Assembly: GCA_038087875.1 (NCBI GenBank)
Contig: CM075993.1
Span: forward strand, 1,242,001 to 1,306,000
Direction of reading: 5' to 3'
DNA from: Malacoraja senta
Lineage: Eukaryota
Length of the DNA stretch: 64,000 nucleotides
Shown: piece after piece, positions 37,950-51,704 of the stretch
Position numbering within the stretch: position 1 is the first letter of the stretch
Layout of the letters: the number at the start of each line of letters is the position of its first letter
Translations under genes and position numbers: made by a program
The notes under the pieces: generated by a model
Told to the model about the DNA's origin: nothing
The model's database searches: none
What the model saw: only the letters and a program-made list of their open reading frames with translations

Positions 37950-38276
37950 ATGAGAATCAGAATATGAACTTAAGTTAATTTTACTTGAAGGGAAGAAGTA
38001 TTGTCTGCCCCATAAATCTTGATTTAACTGCAAATATGACTGTTTAATGTTGTATGGTAGCTGAATGAGGACAAGTGGTAAAAAATACAAATTAAAAATA
38101 CAGCAAGGTCAGATAAGTAAGCCTTAACTGAACAGCCAAGTAATTTTCTTTGGTTAGTTCCCATGACTGACTCCTTGCAGTCAGCACTTTATCCAGAAAT
38201 ATATAGAGGAGGGGAATAGAAACTAAAGATGGAAAAGTTTGCCCAAGTTTTTTCAGGACATAATCTTCAGGAGGTA

Positions 38277-38370
38277 CTAGACCAAGTGGGACCCATTGGG
38301 TCCCGTCCCCTCAACGCGGGGTTGCGGGGGGGGGGGGGGGGGGGGCGGCCTACGGCATCACATGAGCGGC
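38277..38370 (-). mobile_element. Helitron-like 3' terminus fragment with poly-G tract
   Basis: Minus strand: palindrome GGGACCCAATGGGTCCC, 7 nt, CTAG, then T. Confidence 0.5.
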
Positions 38371-40694
38371 TTAATAGTATAAACAGTCAGAACTTATTTC
38401 CCAGGATGGAAGAATCAAATACTAGAGGCATGGCTTTAAGGTGAGAGGAGAGTGAGAGATGTGCGGGACTTTTTTTTTTTTGCAGAGCGGGTGGCGAGTG
38501 CCTGGGATGCGCAACCAGGGGCAGGGTTAAGGCAGATGCGATAATGGCACTTAAAAGATTTTTGGATAGGCATATAGATATGCAGGGAATGGAGGGATAT
38601 GGTATTGTCAGACACAGACATTGTGGGCTGAAGGACCTGTTCCTGTGCTGTACTGCACTGTTCTATGTAGAGTGGCAAAATTCCTAACAATTAATACATA
38701 ATTTTTGTGATACATACATTATGGGAAATGTTTAGGAAAGAACTGCAGATGCTGCTTTAAATCGAAGGTAGACACAAAATGCTTAAGTAACGCGGCGGGA
38801 CAGGCATCATCTCTGGAGAGAAGGAATGGGTGATGTTTCGGGTCAAGACCCTTCTTCATACTGATGGGAAATAATTATTTACATCTAACTAAAGAGATTA
38901 ATTATAATTTGACTGAAAGATGAAATGCATAATATGTAAGAATCAGAAGTAGGTGGAGGCCATTTGGCCCTTCAAGCTTGCTCTATCATTTATCACGATC
39001 ATGGCCTTCATGAACGGCATCTCCAGAACCAGATTGGTGAATGTTTGCGACATTCCCTCTACGCTTTTAAGTAAGCAAATCAAAACTGAATATATTATTC
39101 TAGGCCCAGTCACAGCGAGTGGCAGCGAAAAGCAATAAACACGAGAACAAATAGTTTAGAAATTAATTTTAAAATGATATATAGATCACAATGGCCAATA
39201 TCAGCATTTCCACATCAATGTTAAAGAGCTCATTTTCTTTGAGAATGTTCCGTCTCCACATTTGGAAGCAATAGTTCAAGAAAATAAAGCATTTAAAACA
39301 AAGCAAATGCGCATCATCATGCATATTTCACTGGTAGAGTATTTCCTGCAGACACATACACGCGCGCACGCACACACACACACCTTTTCTTCTCCTGTAT
39401 CACCTCTCATTTAGTAACTTGACTAGATTGTCAGCCTTTATCAGAAATCAATGTCCTGAAACCCAATTACACAAACTGTTTTAAGCAACCGCCTAGTTAC
39501 AGCATATTGTGTTATTATTAAACCAATCACACAAACTGCAGTGAGCAAGGAGTCAGCATCTGCAAAGTGGAATGACATCACACAGAAACTCCACTCCCAT
39601 TGCAGCCAAAGCAGCAAGCCCAGACATTGCATTTCGCTCAGCTTCACCAAAGACTTCAACTCGTTAAACTAAAACATTCTTGCAGCTTAAAAACGCTTTA
39701 TCCTTTCTGCAAACCCTGCACCAAAACCTGCCAATCCTTTTGAATGCCAGATGTCACCAGAAATCATTTCAAAGCCTTCAGTGAATTAGAAAGCAGACTG
39801 TTCCTCTATAGGATCGAGGTCAGTGAATGAGAAAGAGATTTAACCACAAGAATAATACAATCTTTTTCTCTAAACTGGAATGAAGGAAACTTTTCACCAT
39901 GCAACAAAATGGATTAATTAGAAAACAAAACTGTAACCCCAATTCCTTAAAACATGCAACCTTAGTGCAGTCATTGCGATACATCACGGAAACTGACCCT
40001 TCAGCCCACTGACTTTGTACTGAGCAATTTCTACCCCTTTATACTAATCCTTTCTTTTTAAATCTCAATTCCCCATGATCTCCAACACTTACTACAAAAT
40101 AGTGGCAGTATTCAGGGGCCAATTAACCTACCAACCTTCATGTCTTTGAGAATTGGGAGGAAACCAGAACAAATGGAGGAAGCCATGCATTCACAGGAAC
40201 GTACAAACTATACGCAGATCAAGATTATAGCCAAGTCGCTGGCACTTCAAGGCATTAACTTTACTGGCTGCACCATTGCACCGCCCTGTAACAAGAGTCA
40301 CACAAACGCCAATATAACCATTCTATTTTAGAGTTGTTTTTGAAACAGTGCACAGACTTCTGCTGCTACAATATTATCAGTCGAGCTATGCGCATGTCAC
40401 ATAATTCACAATTATTTGTATGAAGTTACCCAATCTAAACACAACTAGTCTCCTCAATAAATCTGGCCAAGGGATTAAACAAAAATAAATCGGTCATTGT
40501 TCATTGCGTCATTTCCATTCGCCGAGTCATAATGAAAGAAAATGTAATTGGTGTTCGACAACTACTTACTTCCTGTCATTTGTTTTTAAACTAAAACAAG
40601 GGATCTGTAATTTTCAAAAGGAAATGTGAGAGATACTGTGGAATTTGTTCAACTGATATGTTCAAAATGTGAATTAGTTTTAATAAATTAAAAC

Positions 40695-41545
40695 ATCTGA
40701 GGCATGAATCACAAAAAGTCAGCAGGCAGGTCCAACAAGTGGTGAAGGAAGCAGCTGGCTTGTTGAGACTATTGCAAAAGGTTTTGGAATTCATGAATAA
40801 AGTGCAAGAAACAGGCTGCTAGAGGAACACAACAGGTTACGCAGCATCTGTAGAGGGAAGCGGACAGTCGACATTTCGGTTCAGGAGGTGGTCCATCCAT
40901 TTCCCTTTGCAAATGCTGCCTGACCCACAGAGTTCCTCCCACAGTGTTTTTTGCTCAAGATTCCAGCATCTGTAGTCTTTTCCTTTCTCTCGGAGGTGTT
41001 TTGTTACACTTTTACAAGATGTTGGTGTGGCCACACCCGGAATACTGTGCACAATATATCCCTAACCCATGAAAGGATATAGTTGTATTGGAATTAGCCC
41101 AAAGAAGATTCACCAGGCTAATTCCTGGATGAGAGAGAGATACTTAAGTTTGTGTCTGCATTCTTTGCAGTTTGGAAGAATGAGGAGTGACCTAATTCCA
41201 ATTTACTAGATCCTAAGGGGGTTACAAGTTGAGCTATTTTTGCATTTGAAAGTTACAAAGGGACATGCTGCAGACCAAGGAAACATTTAAAAATCAACGT
41301 GGATAGAAATTTCTTCCGAGAATAGTGAATATCTGCAATTCTCTGCCCCAAAGGGTGGTGGAGGTTAGATCATAGATATATTCATAGCAGGGATAAATAA
41401 ATGTGAGTCAAAAAAATTGAGGACCTTGAAAACTGGATCATGGAACTTAGACAAGCGTAGATCAGCCATGATCATTTTGAACAGTGGAGCAGGCTTGAGG
41501 AGCCAAGAGACTTCCCTCTTTTTCTGTTATCTTGTGTTCTGTATT
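40695..41545 (+). mobile_element. Old CR1 fragment interrupted by a PLE terminal-repeat insertion (~40800-40980)
   Basis: Degenerate CR1 C-terminal motifs (QVQQVVKEA, gaagattcaccagg, tctgcaattctctgccc) on both sides of a gcagcatctgt/ttccagcatctg repeat. Confidence 0.7.
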
Positions 41546-42783
41546 ACACACCTTAGTTTTTAGATGTACAGGTAAGGAGACAGAATAAAAATTCATCAAC
41601 TGTAACTGGCTCTAGCCGCCAGGGCAGTGAAAGGTTAAACAAAACCAACATCGGAATTCCACTCTTTTTTACTGTTAAATTATTATTCCAGGCAAAAGGA
41701 AAGGAAAGCATATCGAGCAAGTGCAATGCAAAAAGTGGAAAAGGAAACTTAAATTTACACAAACATGAGACGGAAATCCCATTACCCTCAAAGTGACTTT
41801 TGTAATTTTCCTTCAAATTCAGAACTGCATGATTAAGCATAACTATTTTCTATTCTTCATTACTCCCACAAATAAATCTAATAATCTGTGGACTGTCAGC
41901 AATTTAACTTTTACTTTAACAACTACCTGTACAAGGAGTGTCCAGCAAGGTACAGTAATAACTTGAAATTATTTCCAACCATTTAGTTATTTATTAAAAA
42001 AATTAAACAACTAAACTGCAGACAAGTGCTGACACTGGAATCTTGAACAAAGTGTTGGAGGAACTCAGCAGGTCAGGCAGCATGTGTGGAAGAAAATTGA
42101 CAGACAACATCCAGGGCTTGGATCTGACAACTGCCTCCAATAATATTGTTGCATTGTTCTTTGTATAAACGTTTCAAATAAAGGATTGCCCACTAAACCC
42201 CATAATCATTTAAAAAATGACACTGCCAATTGCACCACTTGCAGATGGTCTCACTGGACAAATCGATCTGTACTCTGCCCAATCTTGCGACTCGCCATGT
42301 CTTCAATTTTAAACTGATAATCTTTTTTTCCCAACAAATCTTTACAGTAGGTGCCATTGAAATCTCAACTTCAGACAAAAGATTACAGGCCAATGAGATT
42401 GGAAGAACCAGATACGGCCAACTCCAATTTCTACCCAGAGCCACCCACTCAAAGGCTAGCATAATTTTCAGCTTAGAACTTTCTATGACAGGGGTTTGGC
42501 AACCTTGTTCTGCGTATGGGCCAGGACCATGAGAGCAGATGGCGGGCTTGAGGACTGAGCGGATGGCGGGCCTCATCTATCGCCATAGTTAATAAATGGA
42601 GGTAATAATATTATATACTAACTAAACTTTGACATATTTATATATTTAAGCAATATTATGTCTACTGAACATAGCAGTTAGTTTGAAACACTGGTATTGA
42701 AACTACCCTCACCCCTCTCTGTCTGTCTCATAGCAGTTAGTGTGACACGGTGTTGTTTTTCGCTCGATAGTCTCTCAATATTA

Positions 42784-43878
42784 GGTTTAAGAAGGAACTG
42801 CAGATGCTGGAAAATCGAAGGTAGACAAAAATGCTGGAGAAACTCAGCGGGTGCGGCAGCATCTATGGAGCGAAGGAAATAGGCAACATTTCAGGCCGAA
42901 ACCTTTCTTCAGACTGATGTGAGAGGGAGGGGGGGGGGTGGCGGGAAGAAGAAAGGAAGAGGAGGAGTCAGTAGGCTGAGGGAGAGCTGAGAAGGGGAGG
43001 AGAAAGTAAGGACTACTGGAAATTAGAGAAGTCAATGTTCATACCGCTGGGGTGCAAACTGCCCAAGCGAAATATGAGGTGCTGCTCCTCCAATTTACGG
43101 TGGTCCTCACTCTGGCCATGGAGGAGGCCAGGGGCAGAAAGCTTGGATTCGGAATGGGAGGGGGAGTGTAAGTGCTGAGCCACCGGGGAGATCAGGTTGG
43201 TTATTGCAAACCGAGCGGAGGTGTTCGGCGAAGAGATCGCCAAGCCTACGCTTGGTCTCACCGATGTAGAGCAGCTGACATCTAGAGCAGCGGATGCAAA
43301 AGATGCTCCTCCAATTCCCCCCTTGACTCCATTCAAGGACCCAAGCAGTCTTTCCAGGTGTGGCAGAGGTTCACTTGCACCTCCTCCAACCTCATCTATT
43401 GCATCCACTGCTCTAGATGTTAGCTACTCTACATCGGTGAGACCAAGCGTAGGCTTGGCGATCGCTTCGCCAAACACCTCAGCTCGATTCGCAATAACCA
43501 ACCTGATCTCCCAGTGGCTCAGCACTTCAACTCCCCCTCCCATTCCGAATCCGACCTTTGTGTCCTGGGCCTCCTCCATGGCCAGAGTGAGGACCACCGT
43601 AAATTGGAGGAGCAGCACCTCATATTTCGCTTGGGCAGTTTGCACCCCAGCGGTACGAACATTGACTTCTCTAATTTTAGGTAGTCCTTACTTTCTCCGC
43701 CCCTTCTCAGCTCTCCCTCAGCCCACTGGCTCCACCTCTTCTTCCTTCTTCCCCCCCCCCCACCCCCACCCCCGCCCTCACATAGGTCTGAAGAAGGGTT
43801 TCAGCCCAAAACATTGCCTATTTCCTTCGCTCCATAGATGCTGCCTCACCCGCTGAGTTTCTCCAGCATTTTTGTCTA
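42784..43878. mobile_element. Penelope-like element 3' end inserted as a long inverted duplication
   Basis: GIY-YIG C-terminal coding sequence plus terminal repeat in both orientations; 12-bp TSD CTCTCAATATTA (42772-42783 and 43879-43890). Confidence 0.92.
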
Positions 43879-44655
43879 CTCTCAATATTAAGTGACAGGC
43901 TGGAAGAGGCCAGATGCAAGATGCCATCTAAATGGGCGTCGGTCGGTCGGAATTTACAAATTACTTATCGATCCACTCATGCAATAATAATGTCCACTTC
44001 TACATCCTCTAGAGAACTGGCACCCAAGTAATCCCATGAATCTGGAGTTCAAACTGATCTCACTAATGGTCATTAAAAAAAAAAAGACAAAATTGCTATA
44101 AAAACCCAACTGCTAAAGACCATCAAAAGAAAGAAATCTACTATAATTACTTGGTCAGAACAATATTTAACCCTAGACCTGCCAATGGTTTTTTTTCAAA
44201 GTGTAACTCAAGGATGAAGTGTGGATGTTTAGTTACTAATGACAGCAAAGGGAACATTTTGTCCTTATGGATTAAGATCATGGTATATTAAACTGTATCA
44301 TCCACTGAAGCTATTCATCTTAATATGACTTGTTTCCAGTTCATGGAAACAATTGTAACAAAGGAGACAGAAAATATATCTGTGATAGATACTGCCAACC
44401 TACCCTATTTAATCGAATGGTCCAATGAATTTTTATTAGTGAAATTCTTTTTGCATGCAGTTCATTAAATGTATCACTATACACAAGCACAACCCCAGAT
44501 TGAGTACAAAGTATATAGAAATAGCCCACCTACGTCAAGAGTCACAGGTGTGACGCCATTTTCACAGTCCAAGCAGCAGCTGCCCATAAAGGCCCATTGC
44601 AGCCACAGTAGCCTCTATCCAAATCATCCAGCAAACTAACGTCCCTGAAGTAGTC

Positions 44656-44958
44656 AATAATAATAATAATTAAAAAAATTATTTATGGGCGCCTTTCAAA
44701 AGTCTCAAGGACACCTTACAAAGTTTAACATGTAAGCGGAAATAAATAAATATTAAAGACATCACGAGTACACAAATTAAAGCCAGAATTCAATCCAAAA
44801 ACAAAAATCAAAAACACACTATGGAAGAGAGAGAGCAGCGGCTGCTAAAGCGCGCCAGCGTCCACTCTCCCTTCCGACCGCCATCTTGGACATAGACTAA
44901 CATAGACACTACACATTACACACAAAATCATCCCCCCACAATGATTACCACTGTGGGG
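44656..44958 (-). mobile_element. 5'-truncated copy 3 of the same L2-tailed element
   Basis: Matches the 3' ~300 bp of copies 1 and 2. Confidence 0.85.
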
Positions 44959-47900
44959 TAATCCCAGTATTTTTTCACATGCTAGATTTCAATGGGAGAA
45001 AAAATGCCTTGTTTGTAATATTCCCACAGCTCAAAAAAACTCAAGAATCATTATAAATAAAGCTCAAATTGTCCATGCACAGGACACAGTACAATGTATA
45101 AACATATTCATCCGACTTCTTGTTAAAAGTGTTGAACTGTCAATCTGACCATCTTTCACTCCAAGAGGAAATCGGGTCTTAATCAATCTGTTAAAAATAA
45201 ATGCATTGGCAAGATTCATTATTCTTTCAGAAGATATTGATACCAGGGAGGAGACAAACTGAGACCTGAATGCACAACACATTCTGCCCCAAAGACCACC
45301 AAATAAACAGGACGAATCTCACACCAGGGACTGTATCACAACACGGAGCAGCTGATACCAGTTTAATACAAGCTTCCACATCAAATTAAGTTAAAATACT
45401 AATGGTTGCATTATTTAAGAGTATCATTGTAATTGTTTGTTAAATTCAATGGCCACTCCAGTGAAACTGAGACTGTGTTCTTAAGTGACAATGGTATACA
45501 ATACTGTGGAGACTGGTTTTATCGCAAAAATATTTTTTCAAAAAACTTTTTTTTCCTGCTTGTCAATTTCCATAGGAACTTTTAAATGGTTCTCTAGTTC
45601 CAGCCTCTTGCATCTTCTGATCGATACTGCACTATATATGTATATAACCTATTTGGCCCACAATATATAAATAGTGTTTCCCAATTCATCAACATACATT
45701 AGAGCTGATTAATGATGTAAAAATTATTCATAGCAGACCAATTTGTACAACAAAACCATATTTCGCAATTACCAATTGCCTTGTGTTTATACATACACAC
45801 ACATGCCTATCTCGATCGGAGCAATTTTCTCTCAACTCCACCACAGCCTGTTCAGTCTGAAGAAGCGTCCTGACCTGAAACATCGTTTGTCCATTCCCGT
45901 TGTTTGACCCGAAAAAAAGTTCCTCCAACACTGTGGTTTTGCCTACCACGGCTTGTGGCTGCTCAACAGTTAAAATCTATCTTAAAAACACTGCAAGAGT
46001 TGCATACACACAGTAACTAACGAAAAGGGCGACGTGGGGGGACGTCTAACTGATATTTTCATTGCACTATACAGTAAATTTGTAAAGCAGCTTATATTTT
46101 GGAATAACAAAAAAGTTACTGAAAGGAACTGATCTTTATTTTTGACAGAGCTAGTCAGGAAACTATGATATAGACAGCCCCTTTGAACAAATGGTGTTCC
46201 GGATGCACCATATATAGCAGTCTAGTCCTTTCTCCTCGCCCTTTAGTACACTGGCTTCCTATCAACAATACAAATTACTAAAACAGAAACAATTGCAAAG
46301 GAAGCAAATATGTGAATCTATTGTTCAGTCCGGCTTCAGCAGCGTGACCTTTTATTTTCCTGATTTTTATTTCATTATTTATTTCCCATCCTAAGAAACC
46401 AAATTCAAAATGTCACCTATTCAAATATAGCGACCTTTGAATATACTTAAGAAATTGGTTTATCATTTGCAAACTGATAGAAAACAACCCCAGTCAAACA
46501 CGGCTGCTCTTTTAAGTGTTGTTTCATTTGCAAACCATTTTGTACACTAATATTTTAACTTGGGACCAACCCACTTTGGGATCCAACTTCTGAAATACAA
46601 CAATAGTATCCCAAACAACCAACAAAAAACACAAAAGCTGTTTCCAGTCAAGGACGTTTCACCAGAACTGGAATGATTAGAAAACAAATCAGTTTTAAGC
46701 TGCAAAGAGGGGGAGGGGTAGAGAACAGAATATCTGTGATAGGGCTCCGACAAAATTGGTTAAAACAGCAATGCATCAAAAAATGGCAGTTATAGAGAAA
46801 AGAAAAACTGATAACGGATATAGCTGACATCTGGTCATATAAAATTAAAATAATGTTAAAAGTCAGAGCCCTGGTAGCTGCAAAATGCCCAATGGAAGGC
46901 AAAGTGCTGTTCCTCACTCTTGTACGAGGCTACAGTAGAGCAATGAAGGAGGCTGAAAACAAAGAGTGGGACAGAAATGGAGAATTACATTGAAAGGCAA
47001 ATGCAAACTCAAGCTCCTCACTGCCAATGGAATAGAAGGATGACTGCAAAATGGTTATCAATCTGCATTTAGTGTCTCAAGTGTAGAGGAAGACAACAGT
47101 GAGAGCGCTGAATGCAGTACACTGAGTGGTAGGAAGTGTAAGTGAATAGCTAATACATTGGGAAGACTGGTTTATTGAATGATGGGAAAGGTAAAAAGGG
47201 TTTCATTTTCCACACTAACGTGGGAAGGCGCTGTGAGAATGGGAGATGAACATGGGAGAATCAATAATCACCAAGATTAAGATAACAGATAGGGCAGAAA
47301 ACAAGAAGACTAGTAGGCTGTCATGATACCACTTTTCTCATTGCCTCTTGAGATCTTGTCTCGGCACCCTAAAAGATGAATACAATCCTTATATCCTTTA
47401 CAAAATTCTCCAAATTCTCATGGCCCTAGTTACACTCACAGGACAAGTCATATGGTTCACATTTATTCTGAGTTTAATCATGAGAAGAGATTACAAGCTG
47501 ACAGGGGAAGAGATTCAAGTATGTGCTCAAAGCTTCAAACAAATCTCCAAAGCCTGCAGCAAACCTCTAGCCCTTGATCACTAAAATCAGATGAGCATTT
47601 AGGATGATATGGAGAAACTCCAAGTATCAGGATAATACAGCAGGCCTATGAAACACAGACATAGCACCATGGTCTCTCTCTGCCTATCCCATTGAACATC
47701 TCTTGCCCTATCTGTCAGTCTGCTGTTCCGACATTGGACTTGTGAGCCAAAAGCAGAGTGAAAACAAGGCGTATTTAGTCCTAAGTCTAGATTGGCAGTA
47801 AAGAGTAAATATGAATATGGTGATATGGGACATGGGCCCATCATGTTGAAAACAACCCTAAGCTGAAACACAATCCCAACACAGATAACAAACATCCCAT

Positions 47901-48028
47901 TCCAAATCCTTAATTGATTAATTTGTTGCTTCACAGACCTCAACATGCCAGACTATAATCGAAGGAAGGATATATACCAAAATTCTCTCCAAATTCATCG
48001 GTGTACTCATATAAACATAAATGGGGTG

Positions 48029-49172
48029 ATTCAAGATTCAAGAGTTTATTGTCATGTGTCCCAGATAGGACAATGAAATTCTTGCTTTTGCTTCAGCACA
48101 ACAGAATATTCTAGGCATAAATAAATACAGAACTGATCAGTGTGTCCATATACCATTGAATATACACACACACACACACACACGCATGTAAAGTACAATA
48201 AGCTATTAAAGTTCAGATTTTTGTTTGAGTCGAGTTTAATAGCCTGATGGCCGTGGGGAAGAAGCTCCTGAACTTGGATGTTGCAGATTTCAGGCTCCTG
48301 TACCTTCTACCTGAAAGCAGCGGAGAGATGAGTGTGTGGCCAGGATGGTGTGGGTCCTTGATGATGCTGCCAGCCTTTATGAGGCAGCGACTGTGGTAGA
48401 TCCCCTCGCTGGTAGGGAGGTCAGATCTGATGATGGACTGGGCAGTGTTTGCAGTCTTTTCCGCTCTGGGCGCACAAGTTGCCGAATCAAGCCACGATAC
48501 AACTGGTCAGCATGCTCTCTACTGTGCACCTGTAGAAGTTCGAGAGAGTCCTCCTTGACATACTGACTCTCCCTAATCTTCTCAGGAAGTAGAGGCGCTG
48601 GTGTGATTTTGTTATAATTGCATCAGTGTTCTGGAACCAGGAGAGATCTTTGGAAATATGCACGCCCAGGAATTTGAAGCTCTTGACCCTTTCCACCATC
48701 GACCCGTTGATATAAACGGGACTGTGGGTCCCCATCCTACCCCTTCCAAAGTCCACAATCAGTTCCTTGGTTTTGCTGGTGTTGAGAGCCAGGTTATTGT
48801 GCTGGCACCATTTGGTCAGTCAGTCGATCTCACTTCTATACTCTGACTCGTCTCCGTCAGTGATACATCCCACAACAGTGGTGTCGTCGGCGAACTTGAT
48901 GATGGAGTTTGCACTATGACCGGCTACGCAGTTATGAGTAGAGAGTGAGTACAGCAGGGGGCTGAGCACGCAGCCTTGAGGTGCTCCCATGCTGATTGTT
49001 CTCGGGGCCGACACATTTCCAGCAATACGAACAGACTTTGGTCTGTGGATAAGGAAGTCAAGGATCCAATTACAGAGGGATGCGCAGAGACCCAGTTCTG
49101 AGAGCTTGGTAACCAGTTCTGAGAGCTTGGTAACCAGCTTGGCGAGGATTGTATTAAATGCCGAACTAGTCA
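48029..49172 (-). mobile_element. Rex/Babar-like LINE 3' fragment (reverse transcriptase)
   Basis: [68 protein letters not shown]-type tail; frameshifted. Confidence 0.9.
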
Positions 49173-51592
49173 ATGTTTATGCGATGCCATATAATGGCTT
49201 GCAAAATACTCACAGAAGATATCAACCCAGGTTCAATACTGACTTTTGTTGCTGTCTGCTTTGAGTTTGCACATTCTCTCAATTACCACATTGGTTTCAT
49301 TAGGTTCCACCCCCTCCCACCTCACATCCTAAATACGTGCAGGTCGATAGTTTATTGCCACTCTAAACTGACCCAGGCGTGTAAGTGAGTGGTTGAATCT
49401 AGGGGAATTGATGGGAATGTGGGAGGAATAAAATGCGATCAGTGCAAACTGCTGCTTGATATCATTTTAGTGCGCATGTTTCAAATCATTTATGACTTAA
49501 TGATTCCATTTGTGTAGTATAAAGATCAATTCAGATACTGTAAGATATTATCCTTCCGTTCTTATAAGATCACTATGATTAAGCACTCAAATATTTTGCA
49601 GCAGTTTTAAGGAAAATGTCAGCACAACTAATTAGCTCCATGTGGGCACATTTTCATAGCTAATTGAGCTGAAACGTACTTGGTCATCAATTAACCCAAA
49701 ACACCAATAACCACCAAAACAAAACAAAAAATCCATAGCCGATTTATCAATGTATTGGATTTTCTTGCACCAATCTTAGGACTTATTATTGCTGATTATT
49801 CCTGAAAACATAGGTTATTTGTTGCACTGTTGCAATTGTGTAATAGAGAAAAGTGAAGCCATTGCTGGCAACCAAAACCATTGTTCCTAAACACAATATG
49901 CATCGGGTTCATGCATTTCTTAAACACTTGGGGCAAATTCATTACCAATTTTATTTAAGCTGAACATGAACTTCAAAGGAAGTTTTCAAAAATTCAAGAT
50001 CTTGATAGAAACGGACATATTTTGGGATCTGAATGAGAAGAAAGATACCAGATGAAACGTGTAGGCCATGCTTCCAAAATTTCTTTAACCTTTTTTTAAG
50101 ATCATGTTTTAAGCAGCAAAAAATGGCAACATAGAAATAAGCTACATGCACACAAGATCATTCTAAATCTGATAACAACTGAGTGACAATTAAGCTCATT
50201 TTGACCTCAGCGCAGGCGGCACCCTTAATGAGGTTCAGCTCCCAGAAATTTCTTCCTGATGACCAATCTTTGAAACTGCAAGGACTGGATGGAAAAACCC
50301 CTCAGAAAGAAGCAATGGTATTTGTCCACTAAAGATACTTAAATAATTATTTACTATTTGACAATGACGACAAAAGCTAATTCACATTTCAGGCAGCTTT
50401 TGTCTGACAATCAATAAAAATGAAATTGCAACAAAGGATGAATGTTCAGCAACAACCTCCAATTGTTTGCAGAGATACACACAACCCTTAACAAAATCAG
50501 ATTACCTTTAGTGATTATTTGCAGCCCATTTCACCAGAATTCGGGCACGAGGACATACTCATGCATGAGGAAGCAAAGCCTGGGGCTGTATATCACTGCA
50601 AAGCAAGATTCTCAGCTGAGGATCATCATATCCTACATCAATTCAAGCTACAACATACAACAGACATAAAAAGGCAAGTCATATCCCAAGCTATCAATTC
50701 TCAGCATAACTGCATGAAGTAAGAAGACAGTCATGGTTTAATAAACATTTTTTCACAAAAAAGGTGTTGCATGTTTGTAAAGTTTAACATGCTGGAGGAA
50801 GAAACATTAATCATCTCTGATGTGGCAATTACGGTGATTTTGCATTGTTAATATTTTGAAACAAAAATCAAATTGTTCCCTATGCAATTCTCTTGTTTGC
50901 TGTTTCAATGACCAGGTCAAATCTCATAAATGAGACATACGTTATGGTGCCTGACTGCAGAAATACTGTGACATTGGTCTTGAGCTCTAACAACTCTATA
51001 CTGGTCAATAAACTGTTCTCAGCAATTTCACTTTTTTTTCCAATGGGCCAGAGATCCAATCAAAAAAAAAAGAGAATTGAATCCAGACCGACAAAACAAA
51101 GGACAGCACAAGGTGGATCAATACCAGGAAATGGAAACAATGTGATAGTAAAAGAGAAAATAGGGTGGAAATAGGGATTAAGAAATAAAGCAACTTGAGC
51201 AAATTCATTGATAATTTTTTGTGTGCACAATGAGTGTACCAAAAAAAATCATGCTGACATTGAACTCATTATATAACAATGGCATTACAACCGGAGGTTT
51301 TCAGATATTTCTGGATGACCCTCGTAAATGCTGCTCACACTATAATTAGATCCTGTGTCGCAATCACACACCCATCCATGATAAAGAGCAATTTTCATTA
51401 TACACCAGTCTTCAGCGGATGCACCCTCAACAACATAAAAACTTAGTTCAAAAATCCATTCACCTGCAAAACTCCTTCCATTGATTGTACTCAGCTACAA
51501 AATACAAGCAAACACAAGAACATAGTAGGAGTGGACCTTCCAGCTCCATTGTTTAATAATCCTTATAAGATAATACCTATCTTTTACCTCAG

Positions 51593-51704
51593 GTAGACAA
51601 AAATGCTGGATAAACTCAGCGGGTGATGCTGCCTCACCCGCTGAGTTTCTCTAGCATCTTTGTCTACCTTCGATTTTCCAGCATCTGCAGTTCCTTCTTA
51701 AACA
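51593..51704. mobile_element. Fold-back PLE terminal-repeat insertion
   Basis: 15-bp TSD TATCTTTTA(C/T)CTCAG (51578-51592 and 51705-51719). Confidence 0.87.

Noticed and set aside
43197..43856. 219-aa ORF as a novel gene
   Set aside because: Off-frame read through the Penelope inverted duplication
50150..51450. Possible decayed transposase-like fragments (for example ORF 50519-50722)
   Set aside because: No diagnostic motif or termini recognisable; would need a tBLASTx or HMM search
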